Assembly: GCA_000092065.1 (NCBI GenBank) | Contig: CP000583.1 | DNA length: 64,000 nucleotides | Origin: Ostreococcus lucimarinus | Lineage: Eukaryota | Reading direction: 5' to 3' (one strand) | Shown here: piece by piece, positions 51,214 to 62,453 of the stretch | How positions within the stretch are numbered: position 1 is the stretch's first letter | Layout of the letters: each line of letters begins with the position of its first letter | The notes under the pieces: generated by a model | Seen by the model: only the letters and a program-made list of their open reading frames with translations | Database searches by the model: none | Told to the model about the DNA's origin: nothing | Made by a program: the position numbers and the translations under genes

Positions 51214-54200
51214 CTAAGGTTCATAACTCAAGTTCGGTCCCAACCAGCGTTGCACTTCAGAGAGCTCCATCTTTTTGCGGCCCGCGTATTCTTCAACTTG
51301 GTCAGACGTAAGCTTACCGACGTTGAAATATTCAGAGCACGCGCCTGCGAAGTACAAGCCAGAGACCGAGGCCGAGGGAAGCATGGCGAACGTCTCGGTA
51401 AGTTCGACGCCAATTTCTTCCTTGACCTTCATCAAGTCCCACATTGTCGCCTTTTCCGTGTGATCTGGCTGGGACGGATAACCCGGCGCTGGACGAATGC
51501 CTTGATATTTCACCTTGAGTAAGTCTTCGCAGTTGAAAGACTCATCCTTGGCGTAACCCCAGTCATCCTTACGGACGCGCTCGTGGAGCAACTCCGCGAA
51601 CGCTTCAGCGAGGCGATCAGCCAAGGCTTCCGCCATGATGTAGGAGTAATCGTCGTTCGCAGCCTTGAACTCGGCCGTAAGCTCATCGAGACCAAATCCA
51701 GCAGAGCACACGAACATACCGAGGTAATCCTTCACACCGCTATCCTTCGGGGCGATGAAGTCACTGAGCGCCATGTACGGCTCGTCGGTGTCTTTTTCGG
51801 CTTGCTGGCGGAGCGTGTAGAAAGTGTGGTGCGTCGTTGTCCGGCTTTCATCTGTGTAAACGACGATGTCATCGCCAACGGAGTTGGCCGGGTAGAAACC
51901 ATAAATACCCTTGAGAGTAAGTCTCTTGTTTTGCTTGATTTTTGTGATCATCGCGTTGGCCTCGTCGAAGAGCTTCTTCGCCTCGGGGCCGACAGTTTCA
52001 TCGTTGAAAATCTTCGGGTAGCCACGGTTCGGGTAGCGACCACGCAGCTGCCACACCTGGAAGAACGGATTCCAGTCAATGTACGGAAGCACATCGTCGA
52101 TCGACACCTCCATCGCCTTGGCTCCGCAGAACTTGGGAGTGACAGGGACATTCGGCGCGGCGGTGAAGTCCACCGGTTTCACAGTTGCTCTCGCCTTTTG
52201 GAGGGTAAGGTATTTACGATCCTCTAAACCAGCGTAAAATTCGTCACGCATCTCAGCGTACGTTTCATTGATGTCGTCCATGAAGTCAGCGTGCTTCCTC
52301 TTGTCCAACAAGGTCTGAGCCACTGGCACCGCACGCGAGGCATCGAGAACGTGAATCACACCGCCGGAGTAGTTTGGCGTCAGCTTCACCGCAGTGTGCA
52401 TCTTAGACGTCGTCGCACCGCCGATGAGAAGCGGGATTCTCATACCTGCCTTTTCCATCTCCTTTGCGACGGTCACCATCTCATCCAATGACGGTGTGAT
52501 CAAGCCCGAAAGACCCAAAATGTCAGCCTTGCTCTCTCTCACCGCATCTAAAATCTTTTCACAGGGACACATCACGCCAATGTCAATAACCTTGAAGTTA
52601 TTGCACCCTAAAACGACGGCAACAATGTTCTTACCGATGTCGTGCACGTCACCCTTCACCGTGGCGATCAAAAAGGTACCGGCGGTACTGGCTTCAGTGC
52701 TGCCGGTGAGAGCCTTTTCCGCATCCATGAAAGGGATAAGGTGGCCGACAGCCTTCTTCATCACACGGGCAGATTTAATAACTTGCGGCAAAAACATCTT
52801 ACCGGCGCCAAAGAGATCACCAACCACATTCATGCCGTCCATCAGTGGACCTTCGATGACTTCCAGGCAAGACTTGTACTTGTCGCCCACGCGGCACTCT
52901 TCCGTGTCAGCGATGCAGAACTCGTCAATCCCCTTGATGAGGGCATATTCGAGTCGCTTTTCGCACGGCTGGTTACGCCATTCCTTACCCGACCCAGCAG
53001 CCTTCACGGCACCACCGCCAGCGGCACCCTTCTTGCGAAGGTTGCAAGGAGTGGACTTCGGGTCAAGCGTCGCCGCAAATTCGAGCATGCGCTCAGTGGC
53101 GTTGGTGCATCTGTTCAAGAGCACGTCTTCGACGTATTCCAACAACTCCTTGTCCATCTTCTCGTACACATCCTCTTCGACTTGCGCGGCGTTCACGATA
53201 CCCATGTCCATACCGGCCTTGCAGGCGTGGTACAAGAAGGCGCTGTGGAACGCGCGGCGCACGGGCTCGTTGCCGCGGAAGGAGAAGGCCAAGTTGGACA
53301 CGCCTCCGCTGATTTTGCAACCAGGGCAGAGACGCTTGATCTCGCGAGTAGCGTTGATGAAGTCAACGCCGTAGTTGTTGTGTTCTTCCATGCCCGTGCC
53401 GATCGTAAGAATGTTCGGGTCAAAGATGATGTCTTGCGGGTTGAAGCCAAGCTGTTCGACCAAGAGCTTGTAAGCGCGGCAGCAAATGCGCACCTTCTCA
53501 GCTTCAGTCGCCGCTTGCCCTTCCTCGTCGAACGCCATCACGACGACGGCGGCGCCGTGACGCTTCACGATCTTCGCGTGATGCAAGAACTCTTCCTCAC
53601 CACCCTTGAGGGAGATAGAGTTCATGATGCACTTGCCTTGGCTGCACTTCAAGCCAGCCTCGACGACGTGGAACTTGGAAGAGTCAATCATGAAAGGAAC
53701 CTTGGAGGCGTCCGGCTCGGAAACGAGCAAGTTCACAAAGCGAGACATGGCAGTTTCGCCGTCGATCAAGCCGTCGTCCATGTTGATGTCAATGACGTGC
53801 GCACCGTGCTCGACTTGCTTGAGCGCGATGGCGAGAGCCTTCTCAAAGTTACCATCGACGATGGCCTTCTTGAAGATGGACGAGCCCGCAACGTTGCACC
53901 GTTCACCGAGGTTGATGAACGTCTTGCGGTAGTCATTTTCGTTCGGCACATAGTTGAACGGCTCGAGACCGGAGATGCGCATAATTTCTGGCACATCGTG
54001 CTTCTTGCGCGGCGTGTACGGTGCCACCATCTGGGCGAGAGCGCCGATGTGGTCATCCGTGGTGCCGCAGCAGCCACCGATGCCATTCAACAACCCCTTC
54101 TCGAGGAAGACGCGGCAGTCTTCGGCCATTTCAGCACCCTTTTGATCGTAACCACCCATGGCGTTCGGCAAACCGGCGTTAGGGTACGCGAACACCCAGC

Positions 54201-55365
54201 AGTCGGCGCACTTGCTCAAGTTCTCAATGTACGGGACCATGTCCTTGGCGCCGAGAGCGCAGTTCAAGCCAACAGCCATCGGCTTGGCGTGGCTGACGGA
54301 GTTCCAGAACGCCTCGTTCGTTTGGCCAGACAAGGTACGACCGGAGTTGTCGACGATGGTGCCGGAGATGAACAACGGAAGACGCGTACCGTAAGCCTCA
54401 AAGAACTTCTCAATGGCGAAAATCGCCGCCTTGGCGTTGAGCGTGTCAAAGATCGTTTCAACCAAAATCAAGTCCACACCACCCTCGACGAGTGCCTCAA
54501 TCTGCTCGTAGTACGCGTCAACAATCTCGTCGAACGTACACGCGCGGAACGCCGGGTTCTCGACGGATGGAGACACCGAGAGTGTTCTGTTCGTCGGACC
54601 AATGGCGCCGGCGGCAAAGCGCGGCTTGGCCGGATTTTGCTCCGTAAACTTCACGCACGCCGCCTTCGCCAAGCGAGCAGCGGCCAAGTTCATGTCGCGC
54701 ACTTCTTCCTTCTTGTCGAGCTCGTAGTCCGCCTGCGCGATCATCGTCGAAGAGAACGTGTTCGTCTCGATGATGTCGGCGCCCGCGGCGAGATACGCCT
54801 CGTGGATTTCAGAGATAACCTCCGGCTTCGTCAGCACCAAGATGTCGTTGTTCCCCTTCAAGTCATGCGTATGATTCTTGTAACGATCACCACGGAAGTC
54901 ATCCTCGCTCAGCTTGTACTTTTGCACCGCCGTTCCCATCGCGCCGTCGATCACCATCACGCGCTTTTGCATGATACCCTCGATGACGTCGAACGCCGCC
55001 GACTTCTTCAACGAATCCACCCACTTCGCGTACTTCGGCACCTTCGCTCTGTTTGTCTTCGGTTTCACCTTCGGGTACAAGTCGTAGTACCCCGGCGCGT
55101 CCCCGAACCGCTTCACCTCGTGCTCCTCCATCGCCTCCGCCCCGCTCAGTTCCAGGGCGAACGCGGCGATGATGCCGATCGGCGCCAAGATCGGCGTCAA
55201 CACGACGAACAACGCGGCGAACAGCGCGGCTATGGGCCAGGTCGCTAAGATGATAATCGCCCCTCGCTTACCGCTCCGACGAGACGCGTTGTACCATCGC
55301 GCGTAGGCGAGTCTCAGCGCCGGACCGTCGATGGCCGTCATCACGCGGGCGAGCGGCGACGCCAT
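51214..55365 (-). CDS. metH: Cobalamin-dependent methionine synthase (MetH), single exon; the conserved core begins at about 55131 (MEEHEV...) and there is an in-frame upstream extension containing a hydrophobic segment; the track ORF runs to 55968
   Basis: Full-length collinear MetH modules: Hcy-binding (VIDGAMGT...), pterin-binding, B12-binding (...[11 protein letters not shown]...) and AdoMet activation domain (...[21 protein letters not shown]...), with about 1300 aa conserved. The upstream in-frame [78 protein letters not shown] sits in a good Kozak context (AAACCATGG). Confidence 0.95.
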   Translation of the reverse strand: MASPLARVMTAIDGPALRLAYARWYNASRRSGKRGAIIILATWPIAALFAALFVVLTPILAPIGIIAAFALELSGAEAMEEHEVKRFGDAPGYYDLYPKVKPKTNRAKVPKYAKWVDSLKKSAAFDVIEGIMQKRVMVIDGAMGTAVQKYKLSEDDFRGDRYKNHTHDLKGNNDILVLTKPEVISEIHEAYLAAGADIIETNTFSSTMIAQADYELDKKEEVRDMNLAAARLAKAACVKFTEQNPAKPRFAAGAIGPTNRTLSVSPSVENPAFRACTFDEIVDAYYEQIEALVEGGVDLILVETIFDTLNAKAAIFAIEKFFEAYGTRLPLFISGTIVDNSGRTLSGQTNEAFWNSVSHAKPMAVGLNCALGAKDMVPYIENLSKCADCWVFAYPNAGLPNAMGGYDQKGAEMAEDCRVFLEKGLLNGIGGCCGTTDDHIGALAQMVAPYTPRKKHDVPEIMRISGLEPFNYVPNENDYRKTFINLGERCNVAGSSIFKKAIVDGNFEKALAIALKQVEHGAHVIDINMDDGLIDGETAMSRFVNLLVSEPDASKVPFMIDSSKFHVVEAGLKCSQGKCIMNSISLKGGEEEFLHHAKIVKRHGAAVVVMAFDEEGQAATEAEKVRICCRAYKLLVEQLGFNPQDIIFDPNILTIGTGMEEHNNYGVDFINATREIKRLCPGCKISGGVSNLAFSFRGNEPVRRAFHSAFLYHACKAGMDMGIVNAAQVEEDVYEKMDKELLEYVEDVLLNRCTNATERMLEFAATLDPKSTPCNLRKKGAAGGGAVKAAGSGKEWRNQPCEKRLEYALIKGIDEFCIADTEECRVGDKYKSCLEVIEGPLMDGMNVVGDLFGAGKMFLPQVIKSARVMKKAVGHLIPFMDAEKALTGSTEASTAGTFLIATVKGDVHDIGKNIVAVVLGCNNFKVIDIGVMCPCEKILDAVRESKADILGLSGLITPSLDEMVTVAKEMEKAGMRIPLLIGGATTSKMHTAVKLTPNYSGGVIHVLDASRAVPVAQTLLDKRKHADFMDDINETYAEMRDEFYAGLEDRKYLTLQKARATVKPVDFTAAPNVPVTPKFCGAKAMEVSIDDVLPYIDWNPFFQVWQLRGRYPNRGYPKIFNDETVGPEAKKLFDEANAMITKIKQNKRLTLKGIYGFYPANSVGDDIVVYTDESRTTTHHTFYTLRQQAEKDTDEPYMALSDFIAPKDSGVKDYLGMFVCSAGFGLDELTAEFKAANDDYSYIMAEALADRLAEAFAELLHERVRKDDWGYAKDESFNCEDLLKVKYQGIRPAPGYPSQPDHTEKATMWDLMKVKEEIGVELTETFAMLPSASVSGLYFAGACSEYFNVGKLTSDQVEEYAGRKKMELSEVQRWLGPNLSYEP

Positions 55366-55694
55366 GGTTTCGCGACTCACGGCGCGCGCGCGACGCCGCT
55401 CGGGAGGTCTTCGCGCGAGCGTTCGCGCGAAGAGAATTCCTTCGTGCCGCGGACGCGACGCGCGCGTGCGTGTGACGCGCGCGAGGGCGTCTGAGGGCGA
55501 CGCGCGCGCGGCCGCCGTCGCTCGAGGAGTCGCTTCGAGTGGATAGCGCCTGCGCCTGCGGAAAATCGAATTCGACGAGTCAGGACTCGTCGGCAGTCCC
55601 CGAATGACGTTTCTCCCGCGAGACGCGCGAGGGACGAGGGCGATTGAGGACGCGAAGCGTGGATCGGTGTGACAAAAACTAACGATTTGGCGCG

Positions 55695-56804
55695 TCACGT
55701 CGTCGCCTTGGTGGATTGCGAGGGACGACCGACGTCGTAGCCGCGAGTGATTTTGGGCGAACTCTTGAGCTTGTCGCGACGCTTGCGCTGAAACGCGAAT
55801 TGACGCTCGCGGAAAATCTGAGGAATGTCTTTTCCCGTGGTTTCCATCTCCTTCTTGTAGGATTCGAGCACGATTCGAACGTCTTGGACGTTTAAGCGGA
55901 CGATGGACTCGAGGAATGGCATCAAGTCCAGCAGGGCGGTGTCTTTGGAGCCGTCTTCGTACGTCCACGGTTTGATGGGAATGACGTTGGCGGCGTGAAG
56001 CTCGGCGCTTCTCGGTTTGCTGCTAATGTACAAAATCTGCCCCATGTCCCGATTGAGCTTGCTTAAATCTCTGATGTACTCTCCGTTCTTGTACTGCGCT
56101 GATTCCCGATACAAACGATGAGTGACGTATCTCGTCGGGTCCAAGCGTTCGATGATCGGGTCGCCGTACGTCATCAACTGATCCGTGAAAATCACCATCT
56201 CGTAAAACTGCGACATGTGCTTCAGGAACGCGTCCACTCCGGGTCTCTTGAAAACCCTCCACCCGCGCTCGCGCTTCCAATTGGAGTTTATCAGCGTATC
56301 ATCTAAGTCTAACACCAGCGTGTGCGGAATGTACTCGGCTTGCGCCGGGTGATCGGGCAGCAACTTATCGCTGATCGGATCGAGATAATTATGCGACTGA
56401 TCGTCCATCCACTGACGAAACTTCAACACTTGTTCGACCAATCCTCCGTACGCGCCCTCGAGCGGCGTCCCGCGCATCGTCGTCGGCACGTGTTCGCCCG
56501 CCTCGACGCGTTTCGCCAGTTCCTCCGTCGTGCTCGCGTACATCGACCCCCCCACCACGCACCCCACGCCCGCTCCGACCACGAGCGCCGCGGTTCCGAG
56601 TCCATCGGATATCTTACTCGCCGTCGTCGGCGCTTTCGCCGCTTCTTCGCGCGCATCGCCGAACCAGCGTCGTTTCGTTCCTCCGCGCCAAGGATTCGCC
56701 GTCGCGTTCGGCGAGCTCCCGCGCCCGATCGCGCGCTCGCGTCCGCTCGGCCCGCTCGCGACGCCGCGCGCGCATCGCGCGAGTCGATCGGCGACGCGTC
56801 GCAT
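55695..56804 (-). CDS. TIM50: Mitochondrial inner-membrane presequence translocase subunit TIM50 (FCP1-like phosphatase domain); the track ORF is open to 57551 but the upstream part is rejected
   Basis: Start chosen at [14 protein letters not shown] (presequence-like). TM segment [22 protein letters not shown], then FCP1/NIF domain [49 protein letters not shown]... Confidence 0.85.
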   Translation of the reverse strand: MRRVADRLARCARGVASGPSGRERAIGRGSSPNATANPWRGGTKRRWFGDAREEAAKAPTTASKISDGLGTAALVVGAGVGCVVGGSMYASTTEELAKRVEAGEHVPTTMRGTPLEGAYGGLVEQVLKFRQWMDDQSHNYLDPISDKLLPDHPAQAEYIPHTLVLDLDDTLINSNWKRERGWRVFKRPGVDAFLKHMSQFYEMVIFTDQLMTYGDPIIERLDPTRYVTHRLYRESAQYKNGEYIRDLSKLNRDMGQILYISSKPRSAELHAANVIPIKPWTYEDGSKDTALLDLMPFLESIVRLNVQDVRIVLESYKKEMETTGKDIPQIFRERQFAFQRKRRDKLKSSPKITRGYDVGRPSQSTKATT

Positions 56805-56940
56805 CGCCGCCGGTCTCGCGTCGCGTCGCGCGCGCGCGTTTTTGTGACGAATGCGCGAGTCGATCGTCGATCCCAATCGTGAATTCCGCACAAATACGCG
56901 CGCTCGCGCTCGCGCGCGTCTCTCGCGTCGCTCGTCGAGC

Positions 56941-57926
56941 ATGGGGAACGCGCAGAATAAGGCGCGAAACGCCTCGGACGGCGCGTCGGCGCCGGAGACG
57001 CGCGCGAGACGAAGCAGGGACGGGCGAGGGCGGGACGCGAGTCGGAGCAACGGCAGCGAGAGCGCGCGCGGCGCGGCGAGCGAGAGCGGCGAGCGAGGGC
57101 ACGGGGGATGGGAGGGCGCGGATGCGCTTTCGTACGGGTGCGCGCGCGATCGCGACGGCGAACGAGGGAGGGAAACGCGCGCGGGGCGCGCGGGGAAGAG
57201 AGTCCCGAGCGCGAGGGCGCGGCGCGGCGACGCGCGGCGACGAGGACACGACTGACGAACGCGCGCGCGAACAGACCGCAAACGCCCACGGTGCCGATAC
57301 CCGGCGGGGAGGGTGGAGGGGTGAATTACCCGGCGTGGGCGACGACGGAACCGGCGCTGGTGCCGGTGGCGATAAATTGGACCCAAGGCGGGAACAGCGT
57401 GGAGGTGGAGGGGAGCTTTGATAACTGGCAGTCTCGGCAGACGCTGCATCGGAGCGGGAACAGGGAGTTTGCGATCGTGATGTCGCTGCGACCGGGGGTG
57501 TATCAGTACAAGTTTATAGTGGATGGACAGTGGAAATACGCGCCGGATCAACCGGCGATGTACGACGAGATTGGCAACGTGAACAACGTGTTGGAGGTGC
57601 AGGAATACGTGCCAGAAATTTTGGATAGCTTGGATGCGTTTACGGCGCCGGCGTCGCCACCGGCGAGCTACGATTGCGCACCGTTTAACTCGGACGACTT
57701 TGCAAAGGAACCGCCACCGCTACCACCGCAGTTGCACATGACTCTGTTGAACATGCCCATGGTGCCCGACGCGCCGAATTTGCTCCCGCGACCGCAACAC
57801 GTGGTGCTCAATCACACGTATTGCGACGGGACAAAGTCGGAGAGCGGAGTGCAGGTGCTCGGAACGACGCACAGATATCGATCAAAGTACATCACGGTCG
57901 TCTTCTTGAAAGCCACGCAATCGTAG
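56941..57926 (+). CDS. AMPK/SNF1 kinase beta (regulatory) subunit with N-myristoylation motif, CBM48 glycogen-binding domain and ASC domain; 2 exons approx 56941..57137 and 57275..57926
   Basis: MGNAQNKARNASDG (MGN myristoylation start). Exon 1 ends at GTGCGCGCG. The intron has branch site GACACGACTGACG and acceptor GAACAG. Exon 2 ...GGVNYPAWATTEPALVPVAINWTQGGNSVEVEGSFDNWQSRQTLHRSGNREFAIVMSLRPGVYQYKFIVDGQWKYAPDQPAMYDEIGNVNNVLEV... and C-terminal ...HVVLNHTYCDGTKSESGVQVLGTTHRYRSKYITVVFLKA. Confidence 0.8.
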
Positions 57927-57969
57927 AATTGAGAATTCCAACTTCAACATCTAGCCTAAAAGCCTAAAT

Positions 57970-60555
57970 CTACGCGCACGTTCCCACGCACGCCGCCGCG
58001 CAGTCCGATTTCCATTCGTACTGACGCTCGTTCGCGTCGCCGACGCACATCCAACCGCCCGCGTTCTCGGAATCACGGAAAAATGCGTGCTCGAGCGCTC
58101 GACCCGCCGTCGGACGCTCGCTCGGATCCCAGGAGAGCAACTTGCGAAGCAGGCGCAGAGTCCAAACAGATTCAAAGCCGACGGAGAGGGGATCGCGCTC
58201 CTTGAAAACCTCCATCAACGCCGTCTCCGTGCAATCCCACGTCAGTAAAGGTGCGACTTGTGTGTTTGGAGGCACTATGCATAGTTCGAGCATCGCGCGC
58301 AGTCGGTAAGCGACCGCGCGAGCTTTTGGATGCACGCCGCGCAATTCTCGCTCGAGCGCCAATCGGGTCGTCTTGCGCGAGATTTGAGAAAACGCCTTGG
58401 GCGAGCCAAGCGCTAAAACTTCCGCCATCATCACGCCGAGCGACCACATGTCGTATTTTGACGTTCGCTCCACCCCACGATCATCACCGAAGAGAACTTC
58501 TGGAGGACTATATTCCGAAGTTTCTTGCGCCATGGACGGGCCGGAGGCTCCGTAAAGTTCCGAGCGACTACGAGCGTCCACGGCACTTCCGAAATCCCCG
58601 AGCCGAGCCTCGACGAAGTCGCCGTCAAGTTTGACGAATACGTTCGCAGGCTTAATGTCTCTGTGTACAATGCCAAATTTGGCGTGACTAACATCCACGG
58701 CGGCGAACACGTGCCTCAAAATTGTCTTCAGCGTTCGACGACCTTTGCGTTGAAGGCGCATGTCTCGCCACCATTCGCTTTGCGTGACAAGTTGCAAACC
58801 TTGCGATCCACCAACGGCTTCGGGGGCGTAAATGAGACGTTCGAGGGACTCGCCTTCGTCTTTGAAGACAAGCCATTGTTCGCTTCCACTCGATGGCGTT
58901 CTCTCAAAGGTGTGTACAAATCTCGCCAAGTGGGGTGACGAGCCGCAGAGCAGCCTTCCGAAGTACACCTCGCGCTCTGCGCTCAATCGTAAATCCGAGC
59001 CCTGATGCAACAGAATACGCTTCAAAATTACCCTGGACGATGCAAACGCATCTGATATTGTGTCAGGAGCGGGTTTACAATCCCATTCGTGCTCCGTCTC
59101 CCGCGACAACTTGCCACGCCACACCTCTCCGAAATGACCTCGAGCGAACGGGCGCTCGCCGGCGGCGAACGCATCTTCCTCGAAATTATCACCACTCGCA
59201 TCGACGATATCGACGTAAGAAGTGATGGCATTTGAGACACTCCCTTTTTCGCTCGTTCCAGGTGCTAACGCTAACGCTGCGAGCGCGCCTTCGATAGCAC
59301 TTTGCTCAAACGTCTTTCCGATGTCAGCCATCGGAAGTTCTTCGTAGTAATCGTCGTACCGGAACGGGATCTCTGCGGGTGAGTGAGGACCGGATGACCA
59401 TGCGATCATTTCCGTGATTTCATAAGCTGAAATACGCGCACCCACTCGGGGGATTTCAGCGACCAGGTCGGAAGGAGTGTGTTGAAGCGCCCCGTGCGCG
59501 ACGCTTTGAATTGGCCGACCCGAGGATAGCGCCCCGAGCGCGACGTTATCGGAGGCCCCAAGGCTAAGCGCACATTTGAGTGCGCGCTCGATTCCACTTC
59601 GCATGCCGCGTGTACTTGCTTCGCTAAACTCTATCGCATCCCAGCTCTCAGCAGCTTCATTTGCTGTGTCGGACCCGGCGTCGCCTCCGAGCGCGATGAC
59701 GGGAACGTTTTCGGCGCGTTCGCAGTCGTGTTTCCCATCGAACACGAACGCGCACGCATCGTCCGCGCGTAGAGCGTCGGTCGTTCCATCGCTTGTTAAT
59801 ATCAATCCCATTTCGTCCCTTTTCCATCGCCTGCGCATGATCTCCGGCGTGGCCACCACGCCAAACGCTTTATGCCTCGCGCCGCCGAGTGCGCGAGTGA
59901 CAAGAAGTTCTCCCCCCACGCGCAGTTTCCCACGCGCGCGCACTATCTTCACTCCTAGCGCATCTAATCGTTTTCTTTCGTTTTCGTTATCTAATCCATG
60001 ATCTTGTGTCAAACGTCGCGCCTTGGCGCGTCCTGACGAATCCGCAAAGCACGCGTACGCCGCGCTATCGCCCGCATGCGCCACCGCGAATCCATCCTCT
60101 CCGCTCGCCGCGAGCACCACCGTCGCCCCACCGCTCGAGCTCGACCGCGCCCAAAATTCGTCCAATTTCGCGATCGTCGTCTCCAGCGCTTTCGCGACGG
60201 CGCGTGACGCCGCCGCGGTCGCGCCGTCGCCGAGCGCGTCTTTGAAAATCTCCGCCGCCGCCAGCGTTGTCGACCTCGACGCCGCACCGCCGTCGTGCCC
60301 GTCGAACACGCCCACGAGATGGAGATGATGAGCACCACCGACGACGCACGCGTCTTCCTGAGCGCGACGGCGGCCTCGCGCGCGCGCGCACGCGCGTTCG
60401 AGTTCGAGCTCTGGGACAGCGGGCGCGTCGAGCGCGCGCAGCGCACCGATGACGAGCGCGATCGCGGCGACGAGCGAAGCGCGGGTGATGAGGAACGGCC
60501 TCAACGGTGCGACCTTCGTCGCCGGCGCGCGCGCCTCCGCGCGCGCGCGCGACAT
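57970..60555 (-). CDS. Membrane-anchored PP2C phosphatase - Ser/Thr protein kinase fusion protein (861 aa)
   Basis: N-terminal TM LVAAIALVIGALRAL. PP2C domain (VGVFDGHDGGAASRS...HAGDSAAYAC...GASDNVALGALSS). C-terminal kinase domain (HFGEVWRGKL...VILKRIL...VHRDIKPANVFVKLDGDFVEARLGDFGSA...YSPPEVLF...DMWSLGVMM). Confidence 0.85.
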   Translation of the reverse strand: MSRARAEARAPATKVAPLRPFLITRASLVAAIALVIGALRALDAPAVPELELERACARARGRRRAQEDACVVGGAHHLHLVGVFDGHDGGAASRSTTLAAAEIFKDALGDGATAAASRAVAKALETTIAKLDEFWARSSSSGGATVVLAASGEDGFAVAHAGDSAAYACFADSSGRAKARRLTQDHGLDNENERKRLDALGVKIVRARGKLRVGGELLVTRALGGARHKAFGVVATPEIMRRRWKRDEMGLILTSDGTTDALRADDACAFVFDGKHDCERAENVPVIALGGDAGSDTANEAAESWDAIEFSEASTRGMRSGIERALKCALSLGASDNVALGALSSGRPIQSVAHGALQHTPSDLVAEIPRVGARISAYEITEMIAWSSGPHSPAEIPFRYDDYYEELPMADIGKTFEQSAIEGALAALALAPGTSEKGSVSNAITSYVDIVDASGDNFEEDAFAAGERPFARGHFGEVWRGKLSRETEHEWDCKPAPDTISDAFASSRVILKRILLHQGSDLRLSAEREVYFGRLLCGSSPHLARFVHTFERTPSSGSEQWLVFKDEGESLERLIYAPEAVGGSQGLQLVTQSEWWRDMRLQRKGRRTLKTILRHVFAAVDVSHAKFGIVHRDIKPANVFVKLDGDFVEARLGDFGSAVDARSRSELYGASGPSMAQETSEYSPPEVLFGDDRGVERTSKYDMWSLGVMMAEVLALGSPKAFSQISRKTTRLALERELRGVHPKARAVAYRLRAMLELCIVPPNTQVAPLLTWDCTETALMEVFKERDPLSVGFESVWTLRLLRKLLSWDPSERPTAGRALEHAFFRDSENAGGWMCVGDANERQYEWKSDCAAACVGTCA

Positions 60556-61214
60556 GGCGTCGTGTGGCGTCGTCGCGCCGGGACAGTTACAGTCGAGTCG
60601 AGCGGCTAAATGGTACAGACTACATCGCTATGGCTATCGGACTACGCTGCGCGGTTTCTGGGTCTGCGTCGTCGACTACGACCTCATTCCGCAACAAAAC
60701 CCCCGCGAACGATGTGCCGATCGTCGCGAACGCAATCACGAGCCATATCCACCGCGGTGCTCGTCCGTGAGGCTTCTCTTCCGTCGTCGCTTCGTCCGCC
60801 GTCTGCGTTCGCGAGCTCCGCGTCAGTCTCGTCCCACTCGCGTCTCCGCGTCGCGTTCGATCGACCCGAGGTGTTCGTGGCAAAAAGTAGAGCGCACGGC
60901 GTGGTCTAAACCGCGCGCTCGTCGCAAGCCGACGAGCTGTTTGATGTATCCCGGATCATGAGTACGACCGCCATTTGTCGAGCGGCTATATAGATACACC
61001 GGGAAAACGAGACGAGACGCGCGTTCGAGGCGCGTTCGAGGCGAAGGAAAGACGCACATCGACGGTGGACGACATCGGAGGCGACGATCGAGCCCGCGCC
61101 CGAAGGCGGGTCGCGGGCTGGATTGTGGCGAACCAGGACGCGTCGGCGGGGTACCCTAGGCGCGGGCGGCGCTTACGTTTTGTTACAATGCCTGAGTGTG
61201 TGCTGCTGATCTGG

Positions 61215-62333
61215 CTAGGCTCGCTCGGTGGCAAACGCCATTTCTTCTGAGAATTCCCAAAGCTTGGACGCCAAGCGTGGGTCGCGGCTGGGAAGGCTCG
61301 ATTTCACCGGGAGACATTTGGAAAAGAACGTGCCCGGCGGAAGCTTGGGGGCGGTGAGGCAATACAGCGGCGTCACGACGGCGTCTTCGAGCGACGAAGT
61401 CACCGTAGATTTCAATAAACCCGAAAGAAATGAGCCGCCCGGGAACGCGAGAGATCGCTCGAGCTCGAGCTCCGTCATGCCCGGGGTCGCCGCGACGCAT
61501 CGAACGGGCGAACCATTCTTTGCCAATCTCTCCGACAACGTCCACGCATGCAAGAGATTGGCGAGTTTACTCTGTCCGTAAGAGTTTATCGGCGTGTATC
61601 CCATCTCACTGTTTAAGTTCACGAAATCGATCCCTCTGCTAGGTTTAATCGTCCCCTGTCGCACTCGATAGGTGAAGTGGTGCAAATTTGAGCTGAGGTT
61701 CACCACGCGTCCTTCTCGCCCCGACGCCGCCGCCGTGCGCACGAGCTCATCCATCAACAGCGCGGTCAATTTGAAATGTGCGAGATGATTCACCGCAAAC
61801 TGTCGCTCGATGCCATCGCTCGTGAGTCCAAACTCTACCATCGTCGCCGTCTCGGCGTTTAATATCCCATCTAACGCCCACGCCTTGGCGCAAAACGCCT
61901 TCACGAAGCTTTCGATCGTCTCCAACTTTTCCAGATCGCAGTACAACATCACCACTTCTCCCTCATTCGGCGACTCGCGCGTCGTCGCCTTCGCACCGTC
62001 TGCGTCGCCTTCTTCGTCTCGCGTCGTCGACTCCGTCGTCTCCGGTTCGCGCTCGAAGGCTCCCTCTCCCGCCTTGACGTCCGCGCACGCGCACACCACG
62101 CGCGCTCCCGCGCGCGTCAATCTTTTCGCGCACTCCACCGCGATCGCCGTCGTCGGTACGCCCGTGATGACGTACGTGCGTCCGCTCAAGTCGACCGATC
62201 GATTGCGTCCCAGCGCGTCGTTTTCATCGCCCTCGCGCGTCGCGCCGTCGCTCGATTCCCCGTCCAGCGCGCGCGCGGAGTACCCGGCGCATCCGGTGAA
62301 GCTGTCGCGCACGGCGCGCCACGCCGCGTCCAT
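61215..62333 (-). CDS. Short-chain dehydrogenase/reductase (SDR, retinol-dehydrogenase-like) with an acidic insert
   Basis: Rossmann TYVITGVPTTAIAVECAKRLTRAGARVV. NNAG-like region LNAETATMVEFGL, NHLAHF and catalytic YGQSKLANLL (YxxxK). Confidence 0.8.
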   Translation of the reverse strand: MDAAWRAVRDSFTGCAGYSARALDGESSDGATREGDENDALGRNRSVDLSGRTYVITGVPTTAIAVECAKRLTRAGARVVCACADVKAGEGAFEREPETTESTTRDEEGDADGAKATTRESPNEGEVVMLYCDLEKLETIESFVKAFCAKAWALDGILNAETATMVEFGLTSDGIERQFAVNHLAHFKLTALLMDELVRTAAASGREGRVVNLSSNLHHFTYRVRQGTIKPSRGIDFVNLNSEMGYTPINSYGQSKLANLLHAWTLSERLAKNGSPVRCVAATPGMTELELERSLAFPGGSFLSGLLKSTVTSSLEDAVVTPLYCLTAPKLPPGTFFSKCLPVKSSLPSRDPRLASKLWEFSEEMAFATERA

Positions 62334-62453
62334 CGCGCGCGTCGCACTGCCGTCGGTCGCGTTCGCCCGGTTGTCCCACGGCGAGCGCTCGCTCGTCCGC
62401 GCACATCACCGCGCGCGCGCGTCGCGGCGCCCTCGCGCGCGCGCGCCGCGGCG

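Noticed and set aside
56805-57551. N-terminal 249 codons of the long minus-strand ORF that contains TIM50.
   Set aside because: Pro/Arg-rich low complexity that overlaps the plus-strand AMPK-beta gene. A presequence-like Met at 56804 gives a normal-length TIM50.
60449-61214. Several 80-170-aa ORFs between the PP2C-kinase start and the SDR stop.
   Set aside because: Arg/Ser-rich low-complexity translations of an intergenic spacer with no domain signal.
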